DNA of 61,814 bases, filler included, from Sphingomonadaceae bacterium (GTDB taxonomy: Bacteria; Chloroflexota; UBA6077): assembly GCA_050261575.1 (NCBI GenBank). It is 4 parts of 4 records of this genome, joined end to end, with 100 filler letters (N's around TTAATTAATTAA, not from the genome) between each part and the next. Parts side by side here need not be neighbours in the genome. Positions count along the whole stretch, not along the records: positions 1 to 12,679 come from JBLNDL010000085.1; positions 12,780 to 35,519 come from JBLNDL010000087.1; 2 more parts are not named here. One strand, written 5' to 3'. The position numbers and the translations under genes were made by a program. How positions within the stretch are numbered: position 1 is the stretch's first letter; each line of letters starts with the position of its first letter. Shown one piece after another: positions 11,346-20,497 of this stretch. The notes beneath the pieces were generated by a model that saw nothing but the letters and a program-made list of their open reading frames with translations, ran no database searches and had not been told where the DNA came from.

Positions 11346-11348
11346 AGG

Positions 11349-12464
11349 CTATCCCCTCCCCTCGGCCGGCTGGGGGCTAGTCGGGGCCCTGCCCGCCGCC
11401 CTCTGCCTGAAGGCATCGTAGATCGGCTTCGGCGTGAACCCGACGGTCACGAAGGTGTAGTAATCGTTGTAGTTGCGGGCAGGCTTCGGCAGCCTGAAGC
11501 TCCAGAAGGAAATGGACTCCGCCCACGGCCACTCGGACTCGACCTTCTCCAGCGCCCTCAAGGAGTACTGGATGCGTTGGGCGGGTTGCACGGCCTTGGT
11601 CCATCGAGGATGGTCGTTCCACCCGCTCTCCGTCACGACGATAGTCTTGCCCTCGTCCCCGTTGGACACCATTATCTGCCGTAGAAGCTCGGTTCGGGCG
11701 AAGTTGACCACATCTGGGGAAGGCGGGTCGTCGGGCGGGCTGCGCCATCCGTAAGCGTGAACGGCGAGCTTGTCGAAGTAGGGCTTCGCGCCCGCATCGT
11801 ACATGCCCTGGAGGTACGACAGGTCGGTCATCCCCCACTCGCCGGTCTCCAGCGTGGTCGCCAGCCCCGCGGCGATGACCGCCATCTTCTTGTCCGCCGC
11901 CTTGATGGGCCGGTATACAGCCTTCAGCATACGGGTGTAGGAAGCGGGATCTACCGGGCGATAGCCCCACTCGAAGCTGAGGTTGGGCTCGTTCCAGACC
12001 ACGATCCCTTTGACGGCCCCGCGGTACCGGAGGGCGAAGGCGCCGACGAACCTGGCGTAGTCCCCGTATCTCTCCTCGTCCAGGTAGCGGGATGGGGTTC
12101 CAGGGGGCCGCGCCCAGTCTGGCACCATGTCGAGGCGGGCGATCACCTTCAACCCGCGAGAGGCCGCGGAGTGCACCACCAAGTCTGCGTGGGTCCAGTC
12201 GTACTTCCCCTTCTCGGGCTCGATGTAGGCCCACGGGAAGTACTCCACGATCCAGGCGGCCCCCATATCGCCGACCATGTCGATGGTGTGGTCGATGTTT
12301 CCCTTCTCCACTTCGTCGGTCAAACGAGTGTGCATACCCAGAACTGGGTTCAGAGCGACGGCGGGCTTCTTCTCCATCTTGAGTGGTGGCGCCGGTAGCA
12401 GCGGCCCTGCGACGAGAGTCAGCAGCAGCAAGGAGGCGAGGATGTGCTGGAGGTAGGTGGCCAT
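11349..12464 (-). CDS. Secreted glycoside hydrolase (GH5/GH39-like TIM barrel)
   Basis: Signal peptide; FPWAYIEP, VWNEPN (acid/base), AVHAY and VTESGW (nucleophile) motifs. Confidence 0.8.
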   Translation of the reverse strand: MATYLQHILASLLLLTLVAGPLLPAPPLKMEKKPAVALNPVLGMHTRLTDEVEKGNIDHTIDMVGDMGAAWIVEYFPWAYIEPEKGKYDWTHADLVVHSAASRGLKVIARLDMVPDWARPPGTPSRYLDEERYGDYARFVGAFALRYRGAVKGIVVWNEPNLSFEWGYRPVDPASYTRMLKAVYRPIKAADKKMAVIAAGLATTLETGEWGMTDLSYLQGMYDAGAKPYFDKLAVHAYGWRSPPDDPPSPDVVNFARTELLRQIMVSNGDEGKTIVVTESGWNDHPRWTKAVQPAQRIQYSLRALEKVESEWPWAESISFWSFRLPKPARNYNDYYTFVTVGFTPKPIYDAFRQRAAGRAPTSPQPAEGRG

Positions 12465-12679
12465 GGGGCACCGGGATCAATGGTGATGGATCGCTCCTGA
12501 GGGCCGATGGGGTATGAGGCTACGACAGAGCGACCCTTCTGTCAAGCGCACAGGTGAACACCCCAATCCGTGGATTGACGCTCGGGGCATCACCTGATGG
12601 GTGAATGGGAAGGGATGGGCCTGGGTGGCGGGAGAGGACAAGTGGCCATCTTCCGGGTAGACTGTGGGCCTCGGGAGGT

Positions 12680-12779
12680 NNNNNNNNNNNNNNNNNNNNN
12701 NNNNNNNNNNNNNNNNNNNNNNNTTAATTAATTAANNNNNNNNNNNNNNNNNNNNNNNNNNNNNNNNNNNNNNNNNNNN
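12680..12779. other. Assembly gap with artificial TTAATTAATTAA linker
   Basis: 44 N + TTAATTAATTAA + 44 N, identical at three places in the window. Confidence 0.95.
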
Positions 12780-12781
12780 CG

Positions 12782-13447
12782 ATGGACGCAAGACCGACAG
12801 GCGCGATCGTCCAAAGGGATGACAAGACCTACGCCATAGTCCCCAGGACCCCGTTGGGGATCGTGACACCGGGCATCCTGCTGAGCATCGCCCGGGTGGC
12901 GGAGAAGTACGAGATCCCCATCATCAAGATCACCTCGGGCCAGCGTATGGCTCTGGTGGGGATCAAGCCCGAGATCGTGGACGAGATCTGGAAGGACCTC
13001 GGCATGGGGGTTGGTCCTGCGGTTGAGGTCTGCGTCCACTACGTACAGGCTTGCCCCGGCAACACCCTGTGCAAGTTCGGGCTACAGGACTCCCTTGGCC
13101 TTGGGGCGGAACTGGAGAAGTTGTTCGTTGGCATGGAGTTGCCGGCCAAGGCCAAGATCGGCGTGTCCGGCTGCGCCATGAACTGCGGCGAAAGCTACCT
13201 TAGGGACTTCGGAGCCTTCGGAAAGAAGACGGGGTGGACCGTGGTGTTCGGCGGCAACTCCGGCGCGAAGCCTCGGATCGGCGACGTCATCGCCGAGGGG
13301 CTGACCAAGGAAGAGGTGATCGACTTGGCCAGGAAGTGCTTCGAGTACTACGCGGCGAGGGCGAAAAACAAGGAGAGAACCGCGCGCTTCATCGAGCGGA
13401 CCGGCATCGAGGAGTTCAAGAAGGCTGTCCTAGGCAGCTATCTCTAG
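12782..13447 (+). CDS. Nitrite/sulfite reductase ferredoxin-like and 4Fe-4S domain protein
   Basis: IKITSGQRM, ACPGNTLCKFG and GVSGCAMNC motifs; the last codons come from repeat copy B. Confidence 0.85.
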   Translation: MDARPTGAIVQRDDKTYAIVPRTPLGIVTPGILLSIARVAEKYEIPIIKITSGQRMALVGIKPEIVDEIWKDLGMGVGPAVEVCVHYVQACPGNTLCKFGLQDSLGLGAELEKLFVGMELPAKAKIGVSGCAMNCGESYLRDFGAFGKKTGWTVVFGGNSGAKPRIGDVIAEGLTKEEVIDLARKCFEYYAARAKNKERTARFIERTGIEEFKKAVLGSYL

Positions 13448-13500
13448 TCCATGTCGACTCTTCTGGCGGGAAACGTGTACTCCGTCTGGAAATATCTGCT
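13433..13500 (+). repeat. 68-bp hairpin element, copy B (TA-flanked)
   Basis: TA|GGCAGCTATCTCTAGTCCATGTCGACTCTTCTGGCGGGAAACGTGTACTCCGTCTGGAAATATCTGCT|TA. Confidence 0.85.
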
Positions 13501-13585
13501 TAGGTTAGAGGCCGCGCGGGTTATCGGCATGGTGCGCTGAACCCCAGCGGGCGGAGGTGGATCGCAACCTCCGCCCGCTTCCCTT

Positions 13586-13686
13586 GTCCGAGATATGTCC
13601 GGATTCCGTCCGGATTCCGTCCGGATCCCGTCCCCGTTCGATCCGTCCATCCCTGTCCGAATCCCGTCCGAATCGTGTCCGGATCG
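13586..13686. repeat. Degenerate ~11-bp tandem repeat (GTCCGGATYCC)
   Basis: GTCCGGATTCC GTCCGGATTCC GTCCGGATCCC ... GTCCGAATCCC GTCCGAATCGT GTCCGGATCG. Confidence 0.7.
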
Positions 13687-13891
13687 GGCCGCGCACCCTC
13701 ACCGCGGACGGCCCCCCCATCGGCGCCAGCCTGGCTGGAGCGTCCCCCGGGCTCCGGGCCTCCACTCCTCGCGCCCGATACGGCCACTCATTTGCCCGCG
13801 CAGTCCCGCAAGACCGGCGAGTATTGCCTTCACAGGGGAACCCCAACTGGGTACAATGGCGTCCCTGGGAATGCTTCCAGTTGAGGACCTA

Positions 13892-13961
13892 AGGGGGTGT
13901 CTCTTCGGTTCATGTCGACTTCACTGGCAGGAGGCTTGTGCTCTATCTAGAGATTCCTGCT
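13892..13961 (+). repeat. Hairpin element, copy C (70 bp, degenerate)
   Basis: TA|AGGGGGTGTCTCTTCGGTTCATGTCGACTTCACTGGCAGGAGGCTTGTGCTCTATCTAGAGATTCCTGCT|CG. Confidence 0.8.
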
Positions 13962-13995
13962 CGGTGAGGGCAGCCTGGGAACGGAGGTCACGGCT

Positions 13996-14958
13996 GTGAG
14001 AATCGATCGCGTCAACGCTGCGATCTACCGGATCACGACACCCTACGACAAGTCGGGGACGGTCTTCCTCTACCTGGTCAAAGGCGATCGGATCGCGCTG
14101 GTGGACACCGGAGCCTCGGACTCGCCCCAGGAGGTGCTGGAGCCGGCCCTCGCCGAGATCGGTCTGCACCTCTCCGACGTGGACGTGATACTCAACACCC
14201 ACGCCCACCTGGACCACTCGGGCGGCAACCTCGCCACCAAGCGCGCCTCGGGCGCAACCATCCACGTCCACGCCGCGGATCTGCCCATGGCCCAGTCCAC
14301 GGAGACCCAGGTGGAGTTCCACACCTCACCCCTGAAAGCCCTGGAGTTCCCCCCCGAGGCAATCCAGGAGCGAGCCGAGTTCGTGGTCCGGAACGCGGGC
14401 CCCGCCGCCGGCGCCGACGTGCTGCTCACCGATGGCGAGGTGGTGGACCTGGGGGCCGGGGTCCAACTGCGGGTCGTCCACTCTCCCGGCCACACGCCGG
14501 GGCACGTCTGCTACCTCTGGGAATCGGAGGGAGTGCTGATCTCGGGCGACGCCATCCAGGGCCATGGCTCGCGCCCGGGCAACTATCCCTACTACTTCAA
14601 CGCCCGGGACTACCGCCGTTCGCTGGTGGCGCTGACGAAGCTGGACATACGCACCCTCTGTGCCGGCCACGCCTTCGTGGGAGGAACGCTCGTCAACTCC
14701 CCGGTGCGCACCGGCGCCGGGGTCGGCATGTTCCTCCAGGAGTCGATCCGGGTGGCGGACACCATCCATCGCGCCATCTCGGAAGCGATCAGGCAGAAGC
14801 CCGGGGCCAGCAAGAGGGATCTGGCCTTCACCGCGCTCGCCGAACTGATCTACCACATCCCCCAACTGTTGGTGCGCCAGACGGGCATGCCGATCATGGC
14901 CGGTCCCACCCTGCTGGCCCACGTCAACGCGGCCCTGGACGGCAGCTACCCCATTTAG
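13996..14958 (+). CDS. MBL-fold metallo-hydrolase
   Basis: VDTG, THAHLDHSGG, PGHTPGH, SGD and AGH motifs. Confidence 0.9.
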   Translation: MRIDRVNAAIYRITTPYDKSGTVFLYLVKGDRIALVDTGASDSPQEVLEPALAEIGLHLSDVDVILNTHAHLDHSGGNLATKRASGATIHVHAADLPMAQSTETQVEFHTSPLKALEFPPEAIQERAEFVVRNAGPAAGADVLLTDGEVVDLGAGVQLRVVHSPGHTPGHVCYLWESEGVLISGDAIQGHGSRPGNYPYYFNARDYRRSLVALTKLDIRTLCAGHAFVGGTLVNSPVRTGAGVGMFLQESIRVADTIHRAISEAIRQKPGASKRDLAFTALAELIYHIPQLLVRQTGMPIMAGPTLLAHVNAALDGSYPI

Positions 14959-14965
14959 GAGACAT

Positions 14966-14990
14966 GTGGGGCGGGTCGCGGACCCGCCAC
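14966..14990. repeat. REP-like hairpin (GGCGGGTC...GACCCGCC family)
   Basis: Same core recurs at 17631-17655 and 51306-51328, each just after a stop codon. Confidence 0.55.
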
Positions 14991-15101
14991 GCGCAGCCAC
15001 GGTGCGAGGCAGACTCCTGCGCCCCACTGCCGGGCCGCCGCTCAGAACGCCCTGAAGTACAGATCAGGGTAAACCGCTGCTAAGCAGATTCCTTCCCACT
15101 A

Positions 15102-15169
15102 AGCAGGCATCTCTGGTTCATGTCAACTTCCCCGGCGGGAAACGTGCACTCTATCCAGAGATACCTGCT
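15102..15169 (+). repeat. 68-bp hairpin element, copy D (TA-flanked, best preserved)
   Basis: TA|AGCAGGCATCTCTGGTTCATGTCAACTTCCCCGGCGGGAAACGTGCACTCTATCCAGAGATACCTGCT|TA; 15-bp terminal inverted repeat with one mismatch. Confidence 0.9.
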
Positions 15170-15355
15170 TAGCCGAACTCGCTCTCCTTTTTTATAGCAT
15201 GTCCTTTTCAAAAGGGTTTCGACTGGGTACAATGACTCTGCCGGCGGCGTCCCAGGCATTCGCCGGGGCAGCCCCCCCAAAGGCGCCTGCCGCCGGTATC
15301 CATGGCGAATGGCGGCTCGAGCACGAGCCATCACTCATGGAAGGCTGATCGCGAA

Positions 15356-16036
15356 TTGGACGACTCCCCATTGAAAGTCACGGTTAGATTCTTCGCCCTC
15401 TATCGAGAGTTGGTCGGCCTGCGGGAAGCCCAGGCAGACCTACCCGCCGGGGCCACGGCGCTGGACGCCTGGCGGCACTTCGCCGAGCGCTGCCCGCAGC
15501 TCGCGCCCAACCTGCCGCACACCCGCTTCGCGGTCAACGGCCAGTACGTGAACCCCGGCACCACCCTGAAGGAAGGGGACGAGGTGGTGTTCATACCTCC
15601 CGTCAGCGGCGGGGCGGAGGGATCCTCCTTCGAGATCACAGACGAGCCCATCGACGTGAACAAGGTGGTGGAGGCGGTCCGGAGCGACGAGGATGGGGCC
15701 GTGGTGACCTTCGTGGGAACGGTCCGCAACGAAAACCGGGGCAAGAAGGTCCTCTACCTGGAGTACGAGGCGTACCCGGAGATGGCCGCCGGCAAGATGC
15801 GGGAGATAGGCGAGGAGATCGCCAGCCGCTGGGGGCTGCACCACGTCGCCATCGTCCACCGGGTGGGAAGGATGGAGGTTGGCGAGGCCAGCGTGGTGAT
15901 TGCGGTGGCCGCTCCCCATCGGGATGTGGCCTTCGAGGCGTGCCGCTACGCCATCGACAGGCTGAAAGAGACCGTGCCCATTTGGAAGAAGGAAGCCTAC
16001 GCCGACGGCGAGGTGTGGCTGGGCATCGGGAACTGA
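15356..16036 (+). CDS. moaE: Molybdopterin synthase MoaD-MoaE fusion
   Basis: MoaD part KVTVRFFA...FIPPVSGG followed by MoaE part GAVVTFVGTVR, LEYEAY, HRVG and KETVPIWKKE; start is TTG 15356 or 15371. Confidence 0.92.
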   Translation: MDDSPLKVTVRFFALYRELVGLREAQADLPAGATALDAWRHFAERCPQLAPNLPHTRFAVNGQYVNPGTTLKEGDEVVFIPPVSGGAEGSSFEITDEPIDVNKVVEAVRSDEDGAVVTFVGTVRNENRGKKVLYLEYEAYPEMAAGKMREIGEEIASRWGLHHVAIVHRVGRMEVGEASVVIAVAAPHRDVAFEACRYAIDRLKETVPIWKKEAYADGEVWLGIGN

Positions 16037-16119
16037 TACGAGCCACCAGCCGTCGGCGATCAGCGGACCCGGACCGAACAGTCGACGGCTGATAGTTGAC
16101 TGCTGACTCGAGGTTTATC

Positions 16120-16611
16120 TTGTCTTACTGCGCTGAGTGTGGCGGCATTCTGGTCGAGCAGGTGCCGCCCGGCGACGACCGCAACCGCCTCGTCTGCCCC
16201 TCCTGCGGACAGATCAGCTACACCAACCCCAAAGTGGTGGTCGGCACGCTGCCGATAGTGGATTCCAAGGTGCTGCTGCTGCGACGAGGCATCGAGCCGC
16301 GATACGGGTTCTGGACCTACCCCGGCGGCTTCCTGGAGATGGGCGAGACCGCCGAGGAGGGGGCATGCCGAGAGGCCCGGGAGGAGTTGGGCGTCGAGGT
16401 CGGAAGGCTCCGGCTGCACGGCGTCTACAGCCATCCCGAGGCCGGCATCGTGACCGTGGTCTACCTGGCCGATCTGACTGAGGGAGAGCCAAAGCCCACC
16501 TCAGAGGCGATCGAGGTGGCCTTCTTCGGCCGAGAAGAGATCCCCTGGGATGAGCTGGCCTTCCCCACCACCCTTAGCGCCCTGCGGGACTGGGCTGCGC
16601 TGGCCCGCTAG
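16120..16611 (+). CDS. NUDIX hydrolase with N-terminal zinc ribbon
   Basis: CAECG...CPSCG and Nudix box GGFLEMGETAEEGACREAREELG. Confidence 0.9.
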   Translation: MSYCAECGGILVEQVPPGDDRNRLVCPSCGQISYTNPKVVVGTLPIVDSKVLLLRRGIEPRYGFWTYPGGFLEMGETAEEGACREAREELGVEVGRLRLHGVYSHPEAGIVTVVYLADLTEGEPKPTSEAIEVAFFGREEIPWDELAFPTTLSALRDWAALAR

Positions 16612-16623
16612 AAAGTAGGGTTC

Positions 16624-17622
16624 ATGGGCCCCGAACCTAACCTCCGAGACGGTTTCCGAAGAGCCATCAACTACATGCGCATCTCTGTGACCGATCGCTG
16701 CAACCTGCGCTGCGTCTACTGCATGCCTCCGGAGGGGGTGCCCTGGATCCCCCACTCGGATATCCTCACCTTCGAGGAGATCGAGAGGATCGTCCGAGCC
16801 ACAGCGACGGCCGGCATGCGCAAGATCCGGATCACGGGTGGGGAACCGCTGGTCCGGCGGGATCTGGTGGACCTGATCGCCCGATTGGCTGCGATCCCCG
16901 GCATCGAGGACATCTCCATGACCACCAACGCCATGCTGGTGTCGCAGTTCGCCGAGGCGCTGGCCGCCGCTGGCCTGCGGCGGATCAACGTGAGCCTGGA
17001 TACCCTCCGCCGGGAGCGGTTCGCCGCCATCACCCGCTTCGACGGACTGCAGCAGGTGATGGCGGGGATCGAGGCCGCCGAGCGAGCGGGACTGGCACCC
17101 ATAAAGATCAACGCCGTGATCCTCCGAGGGGTGAACGACGACGAGGTGGTGGACCTTGCCCGCCTGACCGTGGAGCATCCCTGGCACGTGCGCTTCATCG
17201 AGGCGATGCCGCTGGGCGGCAACCTGCCGGTGGAGGAGGCGGGGTTCATCTCCGTCGACGAGATCATGGAGAAGCTGGGCGAGCTAGGGAGGTTGGAGGC
17301 TGTCCCTGGGCCCAACGGCAACGGGCCGGCCAGGTACTTCCGAATCCCAGGAGGACGAGGGACGGTGGGGGTCATCAGCCCCATGAGCCACTTCTTCTGC
17401 GAGAGCTGCAACCGGGTCCGCCTCTCGGCCGACGGCCGGCTACGGCTCTGCCTCTTCGACGACCACGAGATCGACCTGCGTACCCCGCTGCGGGAGGGTG
17501 CCTCCGCAGAGGAGATCGTGGCCATCTTCAGGCAGGCAATCCTCACCAAGCCCGAGCGGCACCACCTAGAGGTGGGCCGATCCAACTGCAACCTCAGGGC
17601 GCTGTCTCAGATAGGGGGCTGA
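16624..17622 (+). CDS. moaA: GTP 3',8-cyclase
   Basis: RISVTDRCNLRCVYCMP radical SAM motif, FCESCNRVR..LCL, C-terminal IGG. Confidence 0.97.
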   Translation: MGPEPNLRDGFRRAINYMRISVTDRCNLRCVYCMPPEGVPWIPHSDILTFEEIERIVRATATAGMRKIRITGGEPLVRRDLVDLIARLAAIPGIEDISMTTNAMLVSQFAEALAAAGLRRINVSLDTLRRERFAAITRFDGLQQVMAGIEAAERAGLAPIKINAVILRGVNDDEVVDLARLTVEHPWHVRFIEAMPLGGNLPVEEAGFISVDEIMEKLGELGRLEAVPGPNGNGPARYFRIPGGRGTVGVISPMSHFFCESCNRVRLSADGRLRLCLFDDHEIDLRTPLREGASAEEIVAIFRQAILTKPERHHLEVGRSNCNLRALSQIGG

Positions 17623-17630
17623 CAAAGTTG

Positions 17631-17655
17631 GGGGGCGGGTCTTGGACCCGCCCCC
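17631..17655. terminator. REP-like hairpin between convergent genes
   Basis: GGGGGCGGGTC-TTG-GACCCGCCCCC. Confidence 0.55.
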
Positions 17656-17672
17656 CAACTCCATCAGCCACT

Positions 17673-18011
17673 TCACGCCGCGTGCACCGAGGACTCTACC
17701 TCGGGCACCGTTTCCGGTTCCGCCTCCGAACTGCTGTCCCCTTCCCTCTTGCGGTAGATGACGTACGCCCCAATCAGGACGCGGGCGTGGAAATCGACCG
17801 ACACCTCGTAGCCGATCTTCCCTGCCCGACGCAGCTCCTCCAACGCCTGGGCGGCGTGTTGGGGCAAGCCCACGTACAGCTTCCCCTGCTCGTCCTCGAG
17901 AACAGTGACGTCGTCACCCTCTATGCCGAAACGACGCCGGATCTCCACGATGGGCATCAAGCTCTTGGTCCCTATGTACCATCGAAGAGTGCTCTTGCTA
18001 AGCTTCTTCAT
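17673..18011 (-). CDS. Hypothetical protein (possible winged-helix)
   Basis: 112-aa ORF with normal composition and purine-rich upstream region; no family recognised. Confidence 0.65.
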   Translation of the reverse strand: MKKLSKSTLRWYIGTKSLMPIVEIRRRFGIEGDDVTVLEDEQGKLYVGLPQHAAQALEELRRAGKIGYEVSVDFHARVLIGAYVIYRKREGDSSSEAEPETVPEVESSVHAA

Positions 18012-18147
18012 ACAGTGCCACCAACCTCGTCCTCACCCCTCCTTCCATCAGCCGTCGGCAAGCCCGCAACGAGGCGGTGCCTGGGGCCAGCGCCAATGGC
18101 CGACGGAGAGGCTCAAGTGGGGATGCAAACGTAACACCCCCATCCAG

Positions 18148-18216
18148 GGCAGCCGTCTCCAGGTGGGGCGAGCATTCCCCAGCGCAGGAGAGCCACACCA
18201 ACTAGAGATTGCTGCT
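18148..18216 (-). repeat. Hairpin element, copy G (highly diverged)
   Basis: Plus strand GGCAGCCGTCTCCAG...AACTAGAGATTGCTGCT aligns end to end with copy E; the arms still pair. Confidence 0.55.
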
Positions 18217-18302
18217 CAGATGATAACAGAAGCAGGGAGGCCACGCAAAGTTTTGCTAGCCGGGAGTTGCAGAATCGTTCGAGGTGATGCCCCTCGGGCT
18301 TC

Positions 18303-18929
18303 TCACTCCTTGGGGATGAGGAAGGCGCAAACTCGGTCGCCCTGGCCGATGCAGCCCTGCCGGATCAGGGAGACGCCGAGCAATCGAGAGATGTACTGCT
18401 CCTCCAGCCGGCACACCTGGGCATGGACCCGACATACCGCCAGGTTCGGGCAGTTGTGCTGCCGGAGCAGGTAGCCCTGCTCGACCTTCTCCCAATCGGC
18501 GATGGCACCCTCCTCGCAGCGGATTCGGGCCACCTCGGCCACCTTCTCGGCCAGCCCCCTGCCGGTCAGCCTGGGGGCGCGCTCGGCCGCCCAGCGCTCG
18601 GCCACGTGGTCGAACAGGGCCTGCTTCGTCTCCTGGGACAGCACCCCGTCCAGCCCTGAGAGCAGACGGTTTGCCAGAACGTGATACCGCTTGGGAAACA
18701 GATCCTCGGCTTCCTCGGTAAGGGAGTAGACGAAGTAGGGCCGGCCCACCCTTCCTCTCACCTCCTCGACGCCAACCAGGTCGTCTCGCTGGAGTACGGA
18801 CAGGTGGACCCTAACGGTGACCGGGGAGAGCGCGACCTCGCGGGCAAGCTCCTCCAGTGTGGCGCGCCCGCGCTTCTTCAGGATATCCAGGATCTGCCTT
18901 CGAGTCCTCTGCATCGTCGGTCGTCTCAC
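18303..18929 (-). CDS. HTH transcriptional regulator, SufR-like with C-terminal cysteines
   Basis: N-terminal HTH (TLEELAREVALSPVTVRVHL), GRP..Y.LT, HNCP, VC, C..G..VC; alternative ATG at 18914. Confidence 0.85.
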   Translation of the reverse strand: MRRPTMQRTRRQILDILKKRGRATLEELAREVALSPVTVRVHLSVLQRDDLVGVEEVRGRVGRPYFVYSLTEEAEDLFPKRYHVLANRLLSGLDGVLSQETKQALFDHVAERWAAERAPRLTGRGLAEKVAEVARIRCEEGAIADWEKVEQGYLLRQHNCPNLAVCRVHAQVCRLEEQYISRLLGVSLIRQGCIGQGDRVCAFLIPKE

Positions 18930-19137
18930 TCCCCGCGATTCGTGGTGTCGCCATCGACAAGCGAGCGGCGAGGCGGTCGCGGCACCGGTGCCGCGCTCTC
19001 CGGCATGGTACAGGGACGACGGCTTTTCGTCAACTTGGCAAGCCTATTAATGAAAAAAGCTTCTCCACCCTTGTGTGCGAAAGCGACGCTGGCGCCGGAA
19101 GGGCCGCCCCCGGCAGATAGCTCGCCCCGACGGCCGG

Positions 19138-20253
19138 CTACGGCAGGAGCTTCAGCGGATTGACCCTCACCCCGTTCTGGAACACCTCGAAGTGGAGGTG
19201 CGGGCCGGTACTCAGCCCGGTGCTTCCCACCGCGCCGATCCGATCGCCCTTGCCGACACGCTCCCCATAATCCACAAAGAACGCGCTCAGGTGCGAGTAG
19301 AGCGTCTTGTAGCCGTTCCCATGGTTGATCACCAGGTACCAGCCGTAGCCGTAGCCGAGCTTGAGGGCGGTCTCCACCACGCCGGCATCCGCCGCGTAGA
19401 CGGGGCTACCGGCCCCTGTCGCCAGGTCGATGCCGCTGTGGCCGGCCTCTCCGAAGTACTGGGTGATGCTGCCCCCCGTGGGCCACCTGAAGGAGCCGGT
19501 GGCCGCCATGGGAGCGGGGCGCCCCCCGCGGCTGCTGCCACTCACCCGGCCCGCCTCGACCTTGCCCCCCGGCACCACCAGTTGATCCCCCACCTGCAGG
19601 GCGTTCGGGTCGGCCACCTGGTTGTACTCCGCAATGCTCTCCGGCGTGACTCCGTAGGCCAGCGCCAGGTCGTGCAGGTTGTCGCCGCTGCTCACCACGT
19701 GGATCAACCCGGGCACGGGCGGAATCAGCAGTTCGTCCCCAATCTGCAACCCCTCGGGGTTGGAGAGGGCATTGGACCACAGCACGGCCTCGGTGCTGAC
19801 ACCGAATCGCTCCGCAATCTCGCTGATAGTGTCTCCCGATTCCACCTTGTACTTGATGGGGGCCTTGGGCTTGGCGGCCTCCGCGACCGGCTGGGCCCTA
19901 TCGGGCATAGGGGCGTTGGGCGCCGCGGGAAGAACCCCGGGGGACACGGAGGTCTCGGGAACCCTGGGAAGGGTCTGGCTAACCAGCATTTCGGGCTGGA
20001 CCTCTCTAGATGGCGGGAACACGGGCAGGGAGCGCTGGCCGCCGAATGGCTGGTCGGTGAGCACCGCCATCGCCACAGCCAGCAGCACGACGAGGTGGCT
20101 TAGATAGGATGGCCGAAGACGAGGCTCCACCGTAGCCGCGATCACGGCAACCCGCGCGAGCACCGCCGCGAGCCGCGGACGGAGCAGCGCAACGGCGGAG
20201 CCCACCTGCCCCTCTATCCGATGAAGGGCAGAGGATTCCATCTGCAACTGCAT
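19138..20253 (-). CDS. LysM x2 plus M23 peptidase
   Basis: Two LysM repeats (YKVESGDT, HVVSSGDN), HSGIDLA and STGPHLHFEV motifs. Confidence 0.92.
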   Translation of the reverse strand: MQLQMESSALHRIEGQVGSAVALLRPRLAAVLARVAVIAATVEPRLRPSYLSHLVVLLAVAMAVLTDQPFGGQRSLPVFPPSREVQPEMLVSQTLPRVPETSVSPGVLPAAPNAPMPDRAQPVAEAAKPKAPIKYKVESGDTISEIAERFGVSTEAVLWSNALSNPEGLQIGDELLIPPVPGLIHVVSSGDNLHDLALAYGVTPESIAEYNQVADPNALQVGDQLVVPGGKVEAGRVSGSSRGGRPAPMAATGSFRWPTGGSITQYFGEAGHSGIDLATGAGSPVYAADAGVVETALKLGYGYGWYLVINHGNGYKTLYSHLSAFFVDYGERVGKGDRIGAVGSTGLSTGPHLHFEVFQNGVRVNPLKLLP

Positions 20254-20497
20254 GAGCTAGGGTTGGGCGACCGGTCGACTACAACCACATCGTAGCCGAG
20301 GCGAAAGCTCGACAGGGGCTGCCGTCGAGCCGGCCCTTCTCCTCTCAGTTATGCGATTCTCACCAGACGATGGAGATCAAGTAGGCTGAGTTGAAGGGCG
20401 CCGCGGGGCGCCCCACACCTGGATGCGCCTGGAGCCCATCCGGAGACTCATCGCCGAGAGCGGCCGATGAAGCAATTCAGCGGATGACGGACGGGCT

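Noticed and set aside
12680..12779. TTAATTAATTAA palindrome inside N runs (also at 35564 and 56233)
   Set aside because: Identical all-frame-stop linker used to join contigs; not biological.
13433..13510. 68-bp element as an integron attC site
   Set aside because: No conserved RYYYAAC/GTTRRRY core sites across copies, mixed orientations, dispersal among housekeeping genes and no integrase.
13586..13686. Tandem repeat as a possible CRISPR array
   Set aside because: Units are ~11 bp and contiguous, with no unique spacers and no cas genes.
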